64,000 nucleotides of DNA. It comes from Octopus vulgaris. Its lineage: Eukaryota. The stretch's first letter is position 1; every line of letters begins with the position of its first letter. The position numbers and the translations under genes were made by a program. This document shows positions 12,383 through 25,401 of this stretch, piece by piece. The DNA lies in contig OX597822.1 in assembly GCA_951406725.2 (NCBI GenBank), forward strand, positions 46,438,001-46,502,000. The letters run 5' to 3'. The notes beneath the pieces were generated by a model. The model did no database searches, was not told the DNA's origin, and worked only from the letters and a program-made list of their open reading frames with translations.

Positions 12383-12909
12383 TATATTGCAAACAACATT
12401 GTTGGGGCTTATATACTATATTGCGACATTTTTCATTGCTTGCTTACTAGAATGTGTGTGTATATACAGCATATATATTGCACAGATCTGTGATATTGGT
12501 CATGCAACTTACTCAGTGTTGTAGCTTAATGAGATATAATTGGATTTATAGTACATAAAAATAATTTGTTTAGTGCATGTATAGGCACTGGTAAGGCTAT
12601 GATTCCGACGCAAGTGTTTTCTATTATAAGCCTCAGGGTAACCAAGGCTTTGTGAGTGGATTTAACAGAGGGAAACTAAAAAAACCTATTTTGTGTGCGT
12701 GTGTGTTACTGTCTCTTTGCCATGACCTCATGTGATAGCTGTAAATGAGCATCACCATCATGCAGATTGTGTCCTTTCTTCCCAATCTTCTGTGAAAACA
12801 TATCAGATTACGGGGAAATATTATCTTGCTTGGAAACAGGTGAGGGTTTGTGACATGAAGGGCATCTGGTTGTAGAAATCCATCCAACCTATATAAGCAT
12901 GGAAAAGTG

Positions 12910-14010
<1,101 letters not shown>

Positions 14011-14269
14011 AAAGAAAATATATTATTAGCATGTAAGAAATATTAGGTTAAAAGGACCATTTGGATAGAAAAATGTCAAAGTCTCTAAATTTTAATTAGG
14101 TAAATAATGCGCGTGTGTAAATAATACACACACACACAAGTAAGCACATAGGTGCAAAATAAGGTGGAAAAACAGCACTTAAACACCAAAGATATGTCTG
14201 ACAAACATTTGAGTAACAGTTTGTGAAATATTTTACGGTTCACCATGATTGACTGCCAACCACTACAGC

Positions 14270-14730
14270 TTTTATTATTCTCTCTCTGTTTATTTTCTCA
14301 TGCTCCTGTCTGTTGTAGAGTGTAGACTCAAAACATAAAAGACTTTCTCACCTTCCCAAGCATTAAACTAATACACCTGTTTGTTGTTTATACACCTGTC
14401 TTCGTCTTTTGTTTTTTTGTAAATTCCAACTATATATATATAGTTTTGGAAGTCACTTGACCCTGTTATCTCCCCTACTGTCCCTCTAGCGTCTGACCTC
14501 TGCCCGAAGTCAGAACGCCATGATAGATCGTTAGCTCCTACACGCATTTTTTTTCTCTCCTTGTTTCTCTCCTTGTTTTCTTTTCTGTGTATCTTTCTGT
14601 CGAAGAGCATAGGCTCGAGATGTAAAAGACTTGTTCTATTTCTATTCCTGAGCGCCATACTAATACATTTGTGTGTTTGTACTCCACCTGCCTTCGTCTT
14701 TTGTTTATTTTCGTAAACCTTCCCGTTATA
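14270..14730 (+). mobile_element. Tandem pair of Penelope/retrozyme-like tails with hammerhead motifs
   Basis: Two related units 287 nt apart. The second reads TCTTT CTGTCGA A GAGC-atag-GCTC GAGA TGTA^AAAGA (14592-14629); the first (about 14305-14342) is more decayed. Confidence 0.55.
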
Positions 14731-14734
14731 TATA

Positions 14735-15112
14735 TATATATATATATATATATGAACGGCAAAAAATGTCTGTCTGCGTGTGTGTATCCTTTATACAAAT
14801 CCACAATTTTTCAGTTAGAGGGCTCGCACTTTCTATGGTCATTCAAAACTGTCCAAGGGTGGTCATGCACATCTTTACATTTCCCCAGTCACCCTGCAAA
14901 GCCATTAAAAAAATCAATAGAAGTGACTTTTTTGTGAATTTTCTATCCCAAACCCAATCAAAATGCCTGAAACTTGATACGCCAATTGAATGCCAGCTAG
15001 CTGTATGTGATTGGTCGGAGATTTGGACAGTACTCGCATGTATGTGCGCATGCACGCAGCTGTATATGCATGCACTAGCACTATGACCCAGCAACGCCGG
15101 GTCATAGTGCTA

Positions 15113-15114
<2 letters not shown>
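14735..15114 (+). mobile_element. Non-autonomous Helitron-like element
   Basis: Starts in a TA tract followed by TGTCTGTCTG. Ends with a GC-rich hairpin GACCC-AGCAACGCC-GGGTC and terminal CTAG|T (15110-15113). Confidence 0.6.
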
Positions 15115-15144
<30 letters not shown>

Positions 15145-15147
<3 letters not shown>

Positions 15148-15287
15148 CACAGGAGTGGCTGTGTGGTAAGTAGCTTGCTTACCAACCACAAGGGTCTAGG
15201 TTCAGTCCCACTGCATAGCACCTTGGGCATGTGTCTTCTACTATAGCCTCGGGTTGACCAAAGATTGAAACTGAAAAAAGCCCTTTG

Positions 15288-15320
<33 letters not shown>

Positions 15321-15590
15321 TATTGTGGGGGACAAACACAGACACATAATCATTGGATGTAAAACGATGATAAATGATGATGATGATGTGTCTGTGTTTG
15401 TCCCCCACAACATTGCTTGACAACTGATGCTGGTGTGTTTACATCCCTGTAACTTAGCAGTTCGGCAAAAAAGACTGATAGAATAAGTACTAGACTTACA
15501 AAGAATAAGTCCAGGGTTCGATTTGTTCGACTAAAGACGGTGCTCCAGCATGGCTGCAGTCAAATGACTGAAACAAATAAAAGAATATAT
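15145..15590 (+). mobile_element. tRNA-derived SINE, family A
   Basis: GGCACAGGAGTGGCTGTGTGG ... GGTTCAGTCCC (A/B-box-like) through to the ATGACTGAAACAAAT tail. Confidence 0.85.
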
Positions 15591-16630
15591 TCTGTATATA
15601 TTGTTATATTTGGGGATGGTCGGTTTTTCTTTTTCCCAATATACACATACACTATTTATTTGATCTTCACTTTAGCTTTTGTTATCATTATTATAGGTTT
15701 ATTTATCAGACTTCTTTTGTCACACATTCTCTGATCTCTTCAATAGTTATCTGTCTTATGTCTCCTTTTCTCTCTGGTCTTGTCCCGGCTATTCCATCTT
15801 GTCTTTATGGTATTATATATATATATATATATATAGACATATATATATATATACATATATATAATGCATGTGAGATATATGGTCATTTGGGTATGTATCT
15901 AAGTGTCAGTGTTTATGTATTCATACATTTACGTTTTTGTTTCTGCAAATGATGTAGCTCTACTGTAAGTAGTCTCTCCTGTTTTCCCAATTGGCTATTG
16001 TTTGCATGGCGTGAGTAAATATTGATTGCATAGTGTAATTGTTAAGTGATTAGTATTATTTCAGTACAGTGGATTGGTAGTTAGAGGTAGAGTATGGAGT
16101 GTATAACACTGTATGACAGAATGTGTACGCAGTATGTGAGAATGCTGTGTGAGTCTAATAGTTGTTCAAGTGTTGATATGAATAAATAAGTTTGCAAAAT
16201 ATTTCATGTAGCAGCTCTTAGAATATGTTCAATTTATATTTCATGGGCATGGAATAGGTGCGGAAGGAGTTTATTTCCCAACCACATGGTTTCAGGTTCG
16301 GTCCCTCTACATGGCAACCTTGTGAGTGGAAACTGAAAGACTCCATCATTTACATGTGTGTGTGTGTGCATGTTGATTTCATGTGTACAGGAGTGTCACT
16401 GTCATACAAACAGTGTCATTCATTTCCAATGTTTTGCGAAATCATGTCTGACCACAGGGAAATATTACCTTGCTTGGAAACAGGTAAGGGCTGGCAACAG
16501 GAAGGGCATCTTCTGCTTGTGATTAGAGATGCGCATATTGTCAGCCACCAAGAGACATGCTTAAGTGTTTAAGGTTAAACAACTGATAAACAAATCTGTG
16601 ATATTGCACAGAGTATTTACTGTAGCCCTA

Positions 16631-16950
16631 TTATTACTTCCGCCTTCGCTAAGGCGGAGGTATTGTTTTCAGTCATGTTTGTTTGCCTGTGGACAAGATA
16701 TCTCAAGAACTGCTGGATGGATTCAGATGAAACTTTCAGGGATGTTTGTTCTTGTGACAGGCACAAACTGTTTAGATTTTGGGATCAATCTGGTACTGGA
16801 CAAGGATTCTGGATTATTTTTCCATTTTTTTTCCCTTAATTTTTGAGAGCAGTTTGAGTTAATTTTTAGTATTCTTGTTTATGACAGCAGTTGAGTTTAT
16901 TTCAGATATGTTGCCTTTGTGAAGGTTTGCACTTTCTGAATGCTTTTGTT
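16631..16950 (+). mobile_element. Helentron-associated HINE/DINE-1-like element
   Basis: 5' TTATTACTTCCGCC-TTCGCTAA-GGCGGAGGTA subterminal inverted repeat, TGTT microsatellite, and 3' GAAGGTTTGCACTTTCTGAATGC stem-loop. Confidence 0.6.
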
Positions 16951-17331
16951 ATTATTGTACATCCATCAAACCATGCTTCATTTCTTTCTAACCTTTGCAA
17001 ACCCTCTGCACTCAGTGCCCATGTCTCACAACCATGTTGCATTGCATTTCACAGCCAAGCATCATTCTATCTCCCTTTTACTCTATGATAGCAGCCCTCT
17101 CTTGACTTCTGGTCTTTTGTTATTCTCTCTTTATCTTTTACTTGCCATTAGACTGCAGCCATGCTGGGGCAACCCCTTGAAGAATTTTTAGTTGAATGAA
17201 TTGCTCCCAGTACCTTTTGTTTTTTTTCTTAAGCCTAGCACTTATTCTGTCAGTCACTTATGCCAAACCGCTAAGTTATGAGGACGTAAACACACCAACA
17301 CTTCTATATGTAAGAGATGAAAAATTATGTA

Positions 17332-17383
17332 CATTATTTACATTTGATGGATATTTGTCCTCATCTTGTTTGTTGTTGTTAAA

Positions 17384-17418
<35 letters not shown>

Positions 17419-17553
17419 AAAATACCTTAGGAACAAGAGCCCAGGTTTGAAATTTCCCCAAGACACCTAATAAAAGCTGGAGGGTATATCAGCTGAAATG
17501 TTGTGTTAACAACAAACAAGATGAGTATAAATATCTGTCAAATGTAAATAATG
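17332..17553 (+). mobile_element. Penelope-like tail-to-tail insert with a decayed hammerhead
   Basis: 46-bp inverted arms (17332-17377 / 17508-17553). Motif ACAC CTAATAA A AGCTG-gagggtatat-CAGCT GAAA TGTT^GTGT at 17463-17506. Inserted inside a minus-strand SINE tail. Confidence 0.55.
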
Positions 17554-18049
17554 CCCCTATGCTTGTTGTCAAGTGGTGGTGGTCATGGCAGGGGACAATC
17601 ACATAGACAAATGTGCACTCACACACACATGCACACACAATAGGCTTCTTTCAGTTTCAGTCTACCAAATCCACTCACAATGGATATAGTCGAAGATACT
17701 TGCCCAAGATTGCTCTACTTCCAAAGTGCTCACTTCTTCTGCTAATGAGGTCACCAAAGTAGCAGAAGCTATTTAGCTATAGTAGTAGGTTGGTGTAGTC
17801 ATGTGGAATATAAATAACAAGGATATGGATAGATTAATGACTATTAACAGTGACAAGTATATGAATAAATCAACATGATGAATAAAACATCAGCAAAATA
17901 ACTAAGCAGAAGCTTCACTGCTGGTTTCAGTTTTATTACTTATTTTGTGAAGGCTTCGGTGTTGTAACTCAACATCAAGCTGATTTGTTTCCCCTCCAGA
18001 TGTTGGGTGTCAGAAATGTAGGATCACATACTTTTATTTCAGGGTCTCC

Positions 18050-18700
18050 AAGACTGGTGAGATTGATGCTATTTTAAACCGTTGTAACATGACATGTGTA
18101 GGAAAGACATTCCAGTGGATCAGTGTCCTGGGGAAGAAAGACTAGTCATTGCGTTCAGTGCAGGGCCTGGCATGTTGGACATAACATGAAAGAGGAATGA
18201 AATGGAAGCAGTTTGAGTGTATGTGGCAGAAGAGCAACCAATACCAGAGAACAGTGGCCCTTAGAGTAGTGGTAGAAAAGGTAGAGAGAGGATACAGTAC
18301 TCTTGTGGATGAGAGGCTTGAGCATGTATGTGAATGGCTTTATATCGGTCAGTCAAGTGGCCTTTCTCTAGAAGCTTTCTCAAATGTCTGCATACGGTGA
18401 CAGCAGCTGTACCACCACAACTGGTGGAACAATACTTCAAAGTGGGTCTCACATAAACTTGTAGAGTGCCACCAGTAATTGTTGGAAGCTGAAGTACTCT
18501 CTGCCCTTGAAGAGATGGGCTAGTCTTTATGATGTGATCCTAGCTATGTTAAAGATATTTGTTTACTAGGAAAGATCTTTGGTAAGAGTGAGCTTAATAT
18601 TTGGAGCAACTTTAAGAGGTTTAAGTTGCATGCTACTCATATTTAAAGGGAATGTGGTGTGATTATATTTTCTTAATATGAGTCAGACTTGTGTCGAGAC
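18050..18700 (-). mobile_element. CR1/Jockey-group LINE 3' fragment (degenerate)
   Basis: Minus strand ...VYVRPTLKYCSTSCGG... and FFPRTLIHWNVFP, typical post-RT motifs. A similar remnant lies at about 46860-47120. Confidence 0.6.
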
Positions 18701-18918
18701 ATCAATGGTGTGGTCCCACAAGCGGATATTTTTGAGGTCTCTATTCATGGAATCTGTGTAGGTTTGGCATGTAGATTTTCGGTTCAAAACTGGTTTCTAC
18801 TTTCTACTAACATCTGCTTCTGCAGCACAAAGGTTTACAGCATGTGGATGTTTTGCCAAGATTTGCGTTTTTCTATTTCAGTTGCGTATTTGTCTATGTT
18901 AAAATACTGTGCTAGTGG

Positions 18919-19201
18919 CAGGGCTGTGGAGTCGAAACAAAAAACTTTGACTCCAACTCTGACTCCAATTTCAACTCTGACTCTGATTCCGACACTGACT
19001 CTGAATCCTTTTATGTAATTAAGTGATTGTGGTCTACGTATTTCATAAAGCATATGCATATGCTTGTACTTTGAGTAGGCCTATATGTTCTAACTGGTTT
19101 AGATTAAAGAATAAAGATATTGTAAGTTGGAATCAGAATGAGTATAATTTTACTCTACGACTCTGACTCCACAACTCCACGGCTCCAACTCCACAGCCCT
19201 G
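18919..19201. mobile_element. hAT-like MITE
   Basis: TIR CAGGGCTGTGGAGT / ACTCCACAGCCCTG, subterminal GACTCC repeats, and 8-bp TSD GCTAGTGG / GCTAGCAG. Confidence 0.8.
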
Positions 19202-20217
19202 GCTAGCAGTGTGAATTTGTAAAAATGTTCTGCTACTTTGATGTGCCATTGTGATTTAGTTAAGATAATATAACGACAAGATATTGACAACATTGGTTTT
19301 TAAGCATAGTGATCGACTGCTGTTTTGTGATTTGTTCTTTACTCTGATTGGACAGGAATTAGGGGCAATTTCTTTGACCTTTTGCTGGCTTTTAAACAAT
19401 AGGGATAGCTATTGTTAGATTTAACATTTGTAAGTCAATGCTTGTGGGTGGGCAAGTGCCTTCTGTCAATGTTTGGTTGAAGGAGACTATGTGGAAGTTT
19501 GTCACATGGGTATACAGTGGCACCAGTTTATTTTGTAATGACCTTCAGTCAGTCAATGTTGACCATACATCTGCAAATGTATATGCAAGCCTGGGCAAGA
19601 TATTTTGTGGAAGATTGGTAGCTGCCAATGCCTCCAAGTTTCCTTCTCTCTATATCACAAATGTTTACCCTAAGGAAAAGCCCACCAACATGGGCCAATA
19701 CAATTTGGCACCAGTGTTATTGCAGATACTGCTGTCAGAAACAGGAAGAGGTGGAGCAGGTACCCCAAAGGAATCTTGCCCTCCACATCTTCTAACAGTT
19801 CAATTAATCCACCAGCCTGGGCTAGTCCTTTTTTCATTCGTCCCCAAAAGATACAAGGCACAGCTGACTTTGGCAAGATTTGAACTTGGGATACACAAGG
19901 TCAGAACAAACCTCATAAAGCATTGTGTCCAACTCTCTAATGACACTATCAATTTGCCACCATAAAACAACTTGAATTTTAGAAAAATATATATATATTT
20001 TATTAAAACAGGATTTCATCAACTGCCTCATTATTACCAATTTTCTCCTTATATTCACTGGATGCAGGCATGGCTGTGTGGTTGAGAAGTTTGCTTTCCA
20101 ACCACATTGTTTTGGGTTCATTCTCACTGTGTGGCACCTTGGACAAGTGTCTGCAATAGCCCCTGGGCCAACCAAAGCCTTGTGAGTGAATTTGATAGAC
20201 AGAAACTGAAAGAAGCC

Positions 20218-20317
<100 letters not shown>

Positions 20318-20636
20318 ACATTATAACTGAAAGGTTTTGATTTCCAGTTCATAGAATTGCTCATTTCTGATCATCCACTGGTAAATCAAGTTTAGTTTTC
20401 TTTTGAATATCCACCGTTTGACTATTTTTTGAAATATCAACTGAAAGTTTGTAGGAAACATCTTTATGTTTTTTTGTCAAAAGAACATTTGTAAATGATA
20501 CATATGAAAACGGTTGCTACAAGCTCACGTTTTTAATTTCTTTTCTGGTTCTCATGGTAATATTATTATAAAGATGCCATAAACTCCATAGTCATGAACT
20601 TGTGTTACTGTTTAATTAAAAGAAAACTAAGCTTTT

Positions 20637-20800
20637 AATATTTACCCAATTTTTTTTAAAATCTTAAACTTTTGTTAGTCAACCAGGCATGGCTGTGTGG
20701 TTAAGGAGCTTGCTTCCCAACCATGTAGTTTCAGGTTCAGTCCCACTGTGTGACAATTTGGACAAGTGTCTTCTATTATTACTCTAAACCAACTAAAGTT
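20637..20800 (+). repeat. 164-bp direct duplicate of 22490-22653
   Basis: Near-identical (one difference seen, in a T/A run), including unique flank and the same private SINE mutations. Confidence 0.85.
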
Positions 20801-20929
20801 GATTGGAAATGAGCAACTTTGAGTCTTGGAAATCAGAGCCTTTTAGTTATAATATACTAAAGAATATTCTACACTTGTATTGAGTCCTGTAATTTATCGC
20901 TTCTGCTGAATCAACAGATATATATATTT

Positions 20930-21308
20930 TTTTATTTGTTTCAGTCATTTGACTGTTGCCATGCTGAAGCACTGCCTTTTAGTCAAACAGATCAACCCCA
21001 GGACTTATTCTTTGTAAGCCTAGTACTTATTCTATTGGTCTCTTTTGCTGAACCACTAAGTTATAGGGATGTAAACACACCAGCATCAATTGTCAAGCGA
21101 TAGTGGGGGACAAACGCACAAATACACACACACACACACACATAACATATATATGACAGGCTTCTTTCAGTTTCTGTCTACCAAATCCACTCACGAGGCT
21201 TTGGTCGGCCTGAGGCTATAGTAGAAGACACCTGTCCAAGTTGCCATGCAGTGGGACTGAACCCAGGACAGTGTGGCTGGTAAGCAAGCTACTTACCACA
21301 CAGCCACT

Positions 21309-21311
<3 letters not shown>
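20930..21311 (-). mobile_element. tRNA-derived SINE, family A
   Basis: Full reverse complement of the family A consensus. Confidence 0.85.
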
Positions 21312-21335
<24 letters not shown>

Positions 21336-21343
<8 letters not shown>

Positions 21344-21676
21344 CAATTTTGAAGGAAATGAAAATGGAGAAAAAAATGGATGTATGAATAATTTATTTGT
21401 ATGTTATAAAATGATGAAAATTTCTTTAAAAAACATAACAATACGATTACAAGTAGTTAAACTTGAAAAAAAAAAAAAGAACCTACATATATGACAGGAC
21501 TAAAACATCTAGATAGGTTCTTTTATGTTATTTTTCAAGTTTAATTACTTGTAATCAATTTATTTGCACTGTTATGTTTTTTTAAAGACATTTTCATCAT
21601 TTCATAACATACAAATAAATTATTCATACATCCATTTTTTCTCCCTTTTCTTTTCCTTCAATATTGATAATTTATA
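21336..21676. repeat. Fold-back inverted repeat, arms about 150 bp
   Basis: GGATGTATGAATAATTTATTTGTATGTTAT / ATAACATACAAATAAATTATTCATACATCC, GATTACAAGTA / TACTTGTAATC and AAAGAACCT / AGGTTCTTT; loop about 30 nt. Confidence 0.85.
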
Positions 21677-22694
21677 ATTTCAATAATCCCTAACATATAC
21701 CAGTGACTTTTGCAGTATATGATAGAGATTAACTAATGGAATACCTTGGATTATATAATCCCTAATGAGGATATAACTTCCTTGAAGTGTATATATATAT
21801 AGATAAATACACACACACACACACACACAAACACACATACATACACATATACATATATGTATGTATGTGAGTGTGAGAGTGTGTCTCCTTGTCTTAACAT
21901 TTATTTTCAATATTCTACAAGAACATGTCTGGCCATGGGCAAGTATTACCTTGTTTGGAAATAGGTAAGTGTTGGTGTCACAAAGGGTATTCCAACATAG
22001 AAAACAGGCTTTGATAAACTCCATCAAAGCCATTCAAACATGGAAAAGTGGATGTTAAATCAATGATGATGATAGGAATTGGAGTAAAGAATTACATCCT
22101 TTTAGTACACTTAAGGTGAATGACTTTAAAAGAGGTTGCAAGTTGTAGCTTTAATGTTATTGAGTAATGAGAAATCTCTTTCTGCAGCTGCTCAAGAATG
22201 AAGATATGAAAGAAACTTATTCATAAATTTTGACAACAATTGGCAGTGATAGTCATCACTGCATATTTCTTGAAATATGTTAAACCAGAATTTTTTATGC
22301 ATTCAGAGGTTGATCTTGTATCATGAACTCCCTTCTTTCTTTATTAATTAGGTTAAGATATTTTATAACTAAAGGAATAATTGATTTTAATCTCTCCTTT
22401 GTAACATTATTTGGGGACCAGTACTTACAAAAAAGCCAAACACAAAAACACTGAAACATCTGTCTTGCAAAGGAAGCAAAGAAATGTTAAATATTTACCC
22501 AATTTTTTTTTAAATCTTAAACTTTTGTTAGTCAACCAGGCATGGCTGTGTGGTTAAGGAGCTTGCTTCCCAACCATGTAGTTTCAGGTTCAGTCCCACT
22601 GTGTGACAATTTGGACAAGTGTCTTCTATTATTACTCTAAACCAACTAAAGTTTTGTAAGTAGATTTGCTAAGACAAACTGTTTGGAAGCTTGT

Positions 22695-22755
<61 letters not shown>

Positions 22756-22974
22756 ATATATAAATGTAAGATCCAGGGATTGAGGTGTAGAAAAAAAGTT
22801 AGCTTCAAGCAATCTGTAGTAAATATATAAAAACAACATTCAGGGACAATAGTGATTTATTGAGATGGAAGGTTGTGGGTTTTTCTTTTTTTTATATCTA
22901 AGTACAATAAACTGAAAAAAGTTCTTTATATATTTCACAGGGGGCAACCATGGTTGCCGGGTGTGCGAATAAGA

Positions 22975-23172
22975 ATACAAGAGTTAAAGAATGGAATAGG
23001 TAAGATCCTGGCTACATATGTTGCATAGCAAGTGGAACCTCTGAAGTGGTAAAAATCCAAGAGTGACCTACGGTATACACTTTGATTGAATTTTTACCAC
23101 TTCTGAGGTTCCACTCGCTGTGAAACATATGTATCTCAGATCTTACCTACTCCATTCTGTGACTCATGTATA
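22975..23172. repeat. Fold-back inverted repeat, arms about 85 bp
   Basis: AGAATGGAATAGGTAAGATC...GTGGAACCTCTGAAGTGGTAAAAAT versus ATTTTTACCACTTCTGAGGTTCCAC...GATCTTACCTACTCCATTCT. Confidence 0.85.
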
Positions 23173-23200
23173 TGTATGTGTGTGTGTTTACATATATGTG

Positions 23201-23242
<42 letters not shown>

Positions 23243-23245
<3 letters not shown>

Positions 23246-24479
23246 TGTGTGTAAAATATTTGAGGACAGATTTATGTTTATAAAAAAAAAAACAGATATA
23301 TAATAACAGATAACTTTATTTATCAAAAATACTATGAAGATAAAAATAAACTTTCTTTTCTGTAATGTTGTTCAATACAGCCACCTTCAGCATCAACAAC
23401 TGCTTTTATATGAGATCTAAATAATCTACATGCTCAAATCAAGTGGTCCTTGTTCATTTTGGACATTAATCTGACTATGGCAGCTTTCAAATAATCTTTG
23501 GTGTTGTGATTTCTCTCTCAAAAATGCTCTGCATGTAATAGTCCAATGGACTGAGATCTGGGGAATTAGGAGACTAAATGTTAGGTGTTAGGTGATCATG
23601 AAAATTTTCAGCTATCCATTCCTTTTACTAGAACCATGTGTGATAGTGCAGAGTCTTACTGAAACACATATGGCCTTCCATTGTATACACTGTCTATTCA
23701 GGGCCTAACAGTTATTTCCAGGACCTCAATATAAGTGGCAGAGTTAACTCTAAGGCCTTGTGAAAAGAAGTAAGAAAGCATCACATGTCCTTCATTGCTG
23801 ACAACCCCTAAAACTATGACAGTTGCAGGAAATTTTGTATGCATAACACTTAGAACTTCAGAAGGGTTTGCAGATAACCATCTGTTAACTTTGTAATCTT
23901 GATCAAAGTTTTTCTCATTTGAGAAAAACCAAATCTATTCTTCTTCTGCTGGATCTTTCAGTTTGTTTTAGAGCCTGTTAGATCTGATGTAGTGATTTTC
24001 TTTTGCTTATTCTGACAAATTGACTTTTCCTCATCATATAAGACTTATATCTGATGTCTTCGTGGACAACATTTCTGACTGTTCTTTCTGACACATGGAG
24101 ATCTTTTGCAGTTGACCTCATGGACTTTCTGGGATTGTAATCAAAGGTCTGTTGAACTTGTTGGATAAATTCGGGTGTTCTGATGATTTCAGAGCGTTTA
24201 GAATGCTTTTTATGCTTTGATACTGGTGATACATTTACATCTTCAGTCTCTAGCTCCTTACAATCTTTGTAGACGAAAGATCTGGAAACTTTTAAAAATC
24301 AAGATATTTCTAAATCACTATACTCAGCCTTTATAACCACAGTAGCAGCATGCCTCTTCATTTCTTGAGTAAGCTGAAGGTCTGCCATTATTATTTTCTG
24401 AAACACAGATTATACAGAGTTAGCAAAAAATGCAGCAATGAACAAAAAAGGTATGTCCTCAAATATCTTACACACCTTG
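23243..24479 (-). mobile_element. Near full-length defective maT/DD37D-like Tc1/mariner transposon
   Basis: TIR CAGTGTGTGTAAAATATTTGAGGACA / TGTCCTCAAATATCTTACACACCTTG. Pseudo-ORF from 24388: MADLQLTQEMKRHA...IIRTPEFIQQVQQ...WFFSNEKNF...GRPYVFQ*DSALSH...SPNSPDLSPLDY, with stops. Confidence 0.88.
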
Positions 24480-24602
24480 TGTGTGTGTGTGTATATACAT
24501 ATATGTTTGTGTGTGTATGTGTGTGTGTTTATGAACTTTTGTTGCAACATTCCTGCGAAATTGTATGTTGAAACAGATATTTCGGGATGGTCTCTATTTT
24601 TT

Positions 24603-24824
24603 TTTGTCAAATAAATACATGCACTATATATTCGCTCTTCACTCATTTCTCATGTCCACTGTCTGGAAATCTTTCATCATACATCTGTGACCTCTTCAGC
24701 ATCACTTTCCGTCTCCAGAAAGTGTCGCTGAAAAGGTCACAGATGTGAGATGAAAGATTTCCAGACAATGGACATGAGAAACGAGTGATGAGCGAATATA
24801 TAGTGCATGTATTTATTTGGCAAA
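24603..24824. repeat. Near-perfect hairpin, arms about 107 bp, loop about 8 nt
   Basis: AAATAAATACATGCACTATATATTCGCTC...CACTTTC cgtctcca GAAAGTG...GAGCGAATATATAGTGCATGTATTTATTT. Confidence 0.9.
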
Positions 24825-24975
24825 TCATTTAGAAATATTTTTAAGTGAGATTTCAAAAATGTAAGTTATTTGTACAGTAAGTATTTATATTTTAGCTTTC
24901 TTTAAACAGACAACATTTCAATTTATTTTTTAATTATTTCCAAGTGAATGGCAATCTTTCGCTTATCACCCGAAG

Positions 24976-25292
24976 TTTGTTAATTTCTGTAAAAAAATTT
25001 ATTTATTTACTTTTGTTTTGAAGTGAAAGATGTAAGTACATGTATATGAAATGGACGAGTGTGTATGAAAGGGAGAGAAGGAGAGAGAGAGAGTGAGTGA
25101 AGGGGTGTGTTGTCATGTATATGTACATACATCAATACATATGCGTACATCTTTTTTGTATGTACATGTGAGAGTAAGTGGCTCACTCACACACACACAC
25201 ACACACATACAGCCATTTCATATACACATTCATACATCTTTCACTTTAAAACAAAAGTAAATAAATAAGAAATGCTTATGGAAATTAACAAA
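24976..25292. repeat. Inverted repeat, arms about 60 bp, around a microsatellite-rich spacer
   Basis: TTATTTATTTACTTTTGTTTTGAAGTGAAAGATGTA versus TACATCTTTCACTTTAAAACAAAAGTAAATAAATAA. Confidence 0.75.
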
Positions 25293-25401
25293 CAAAAACC
25301 AGCTGATCCGGATGACAGTTCTGAGAGTCAAAGCAAAAGATCGCCCCAAGAGAATACCATTACAAAAACATTTTCAAGTATATTCAACGTATCTCAGCTC
25401 C

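Noticed and set aside
15145-15220. tRNA-like heads with A/B boxes
   Set aside because: They are SINE heads followed by SINE bodies; no complete cloverleaf.
19438-19965. 175-aa + strand ORF
   Set aside because: Mosaic of decayed repeats including a SINE B remnant; no coherent domain or splice signals.
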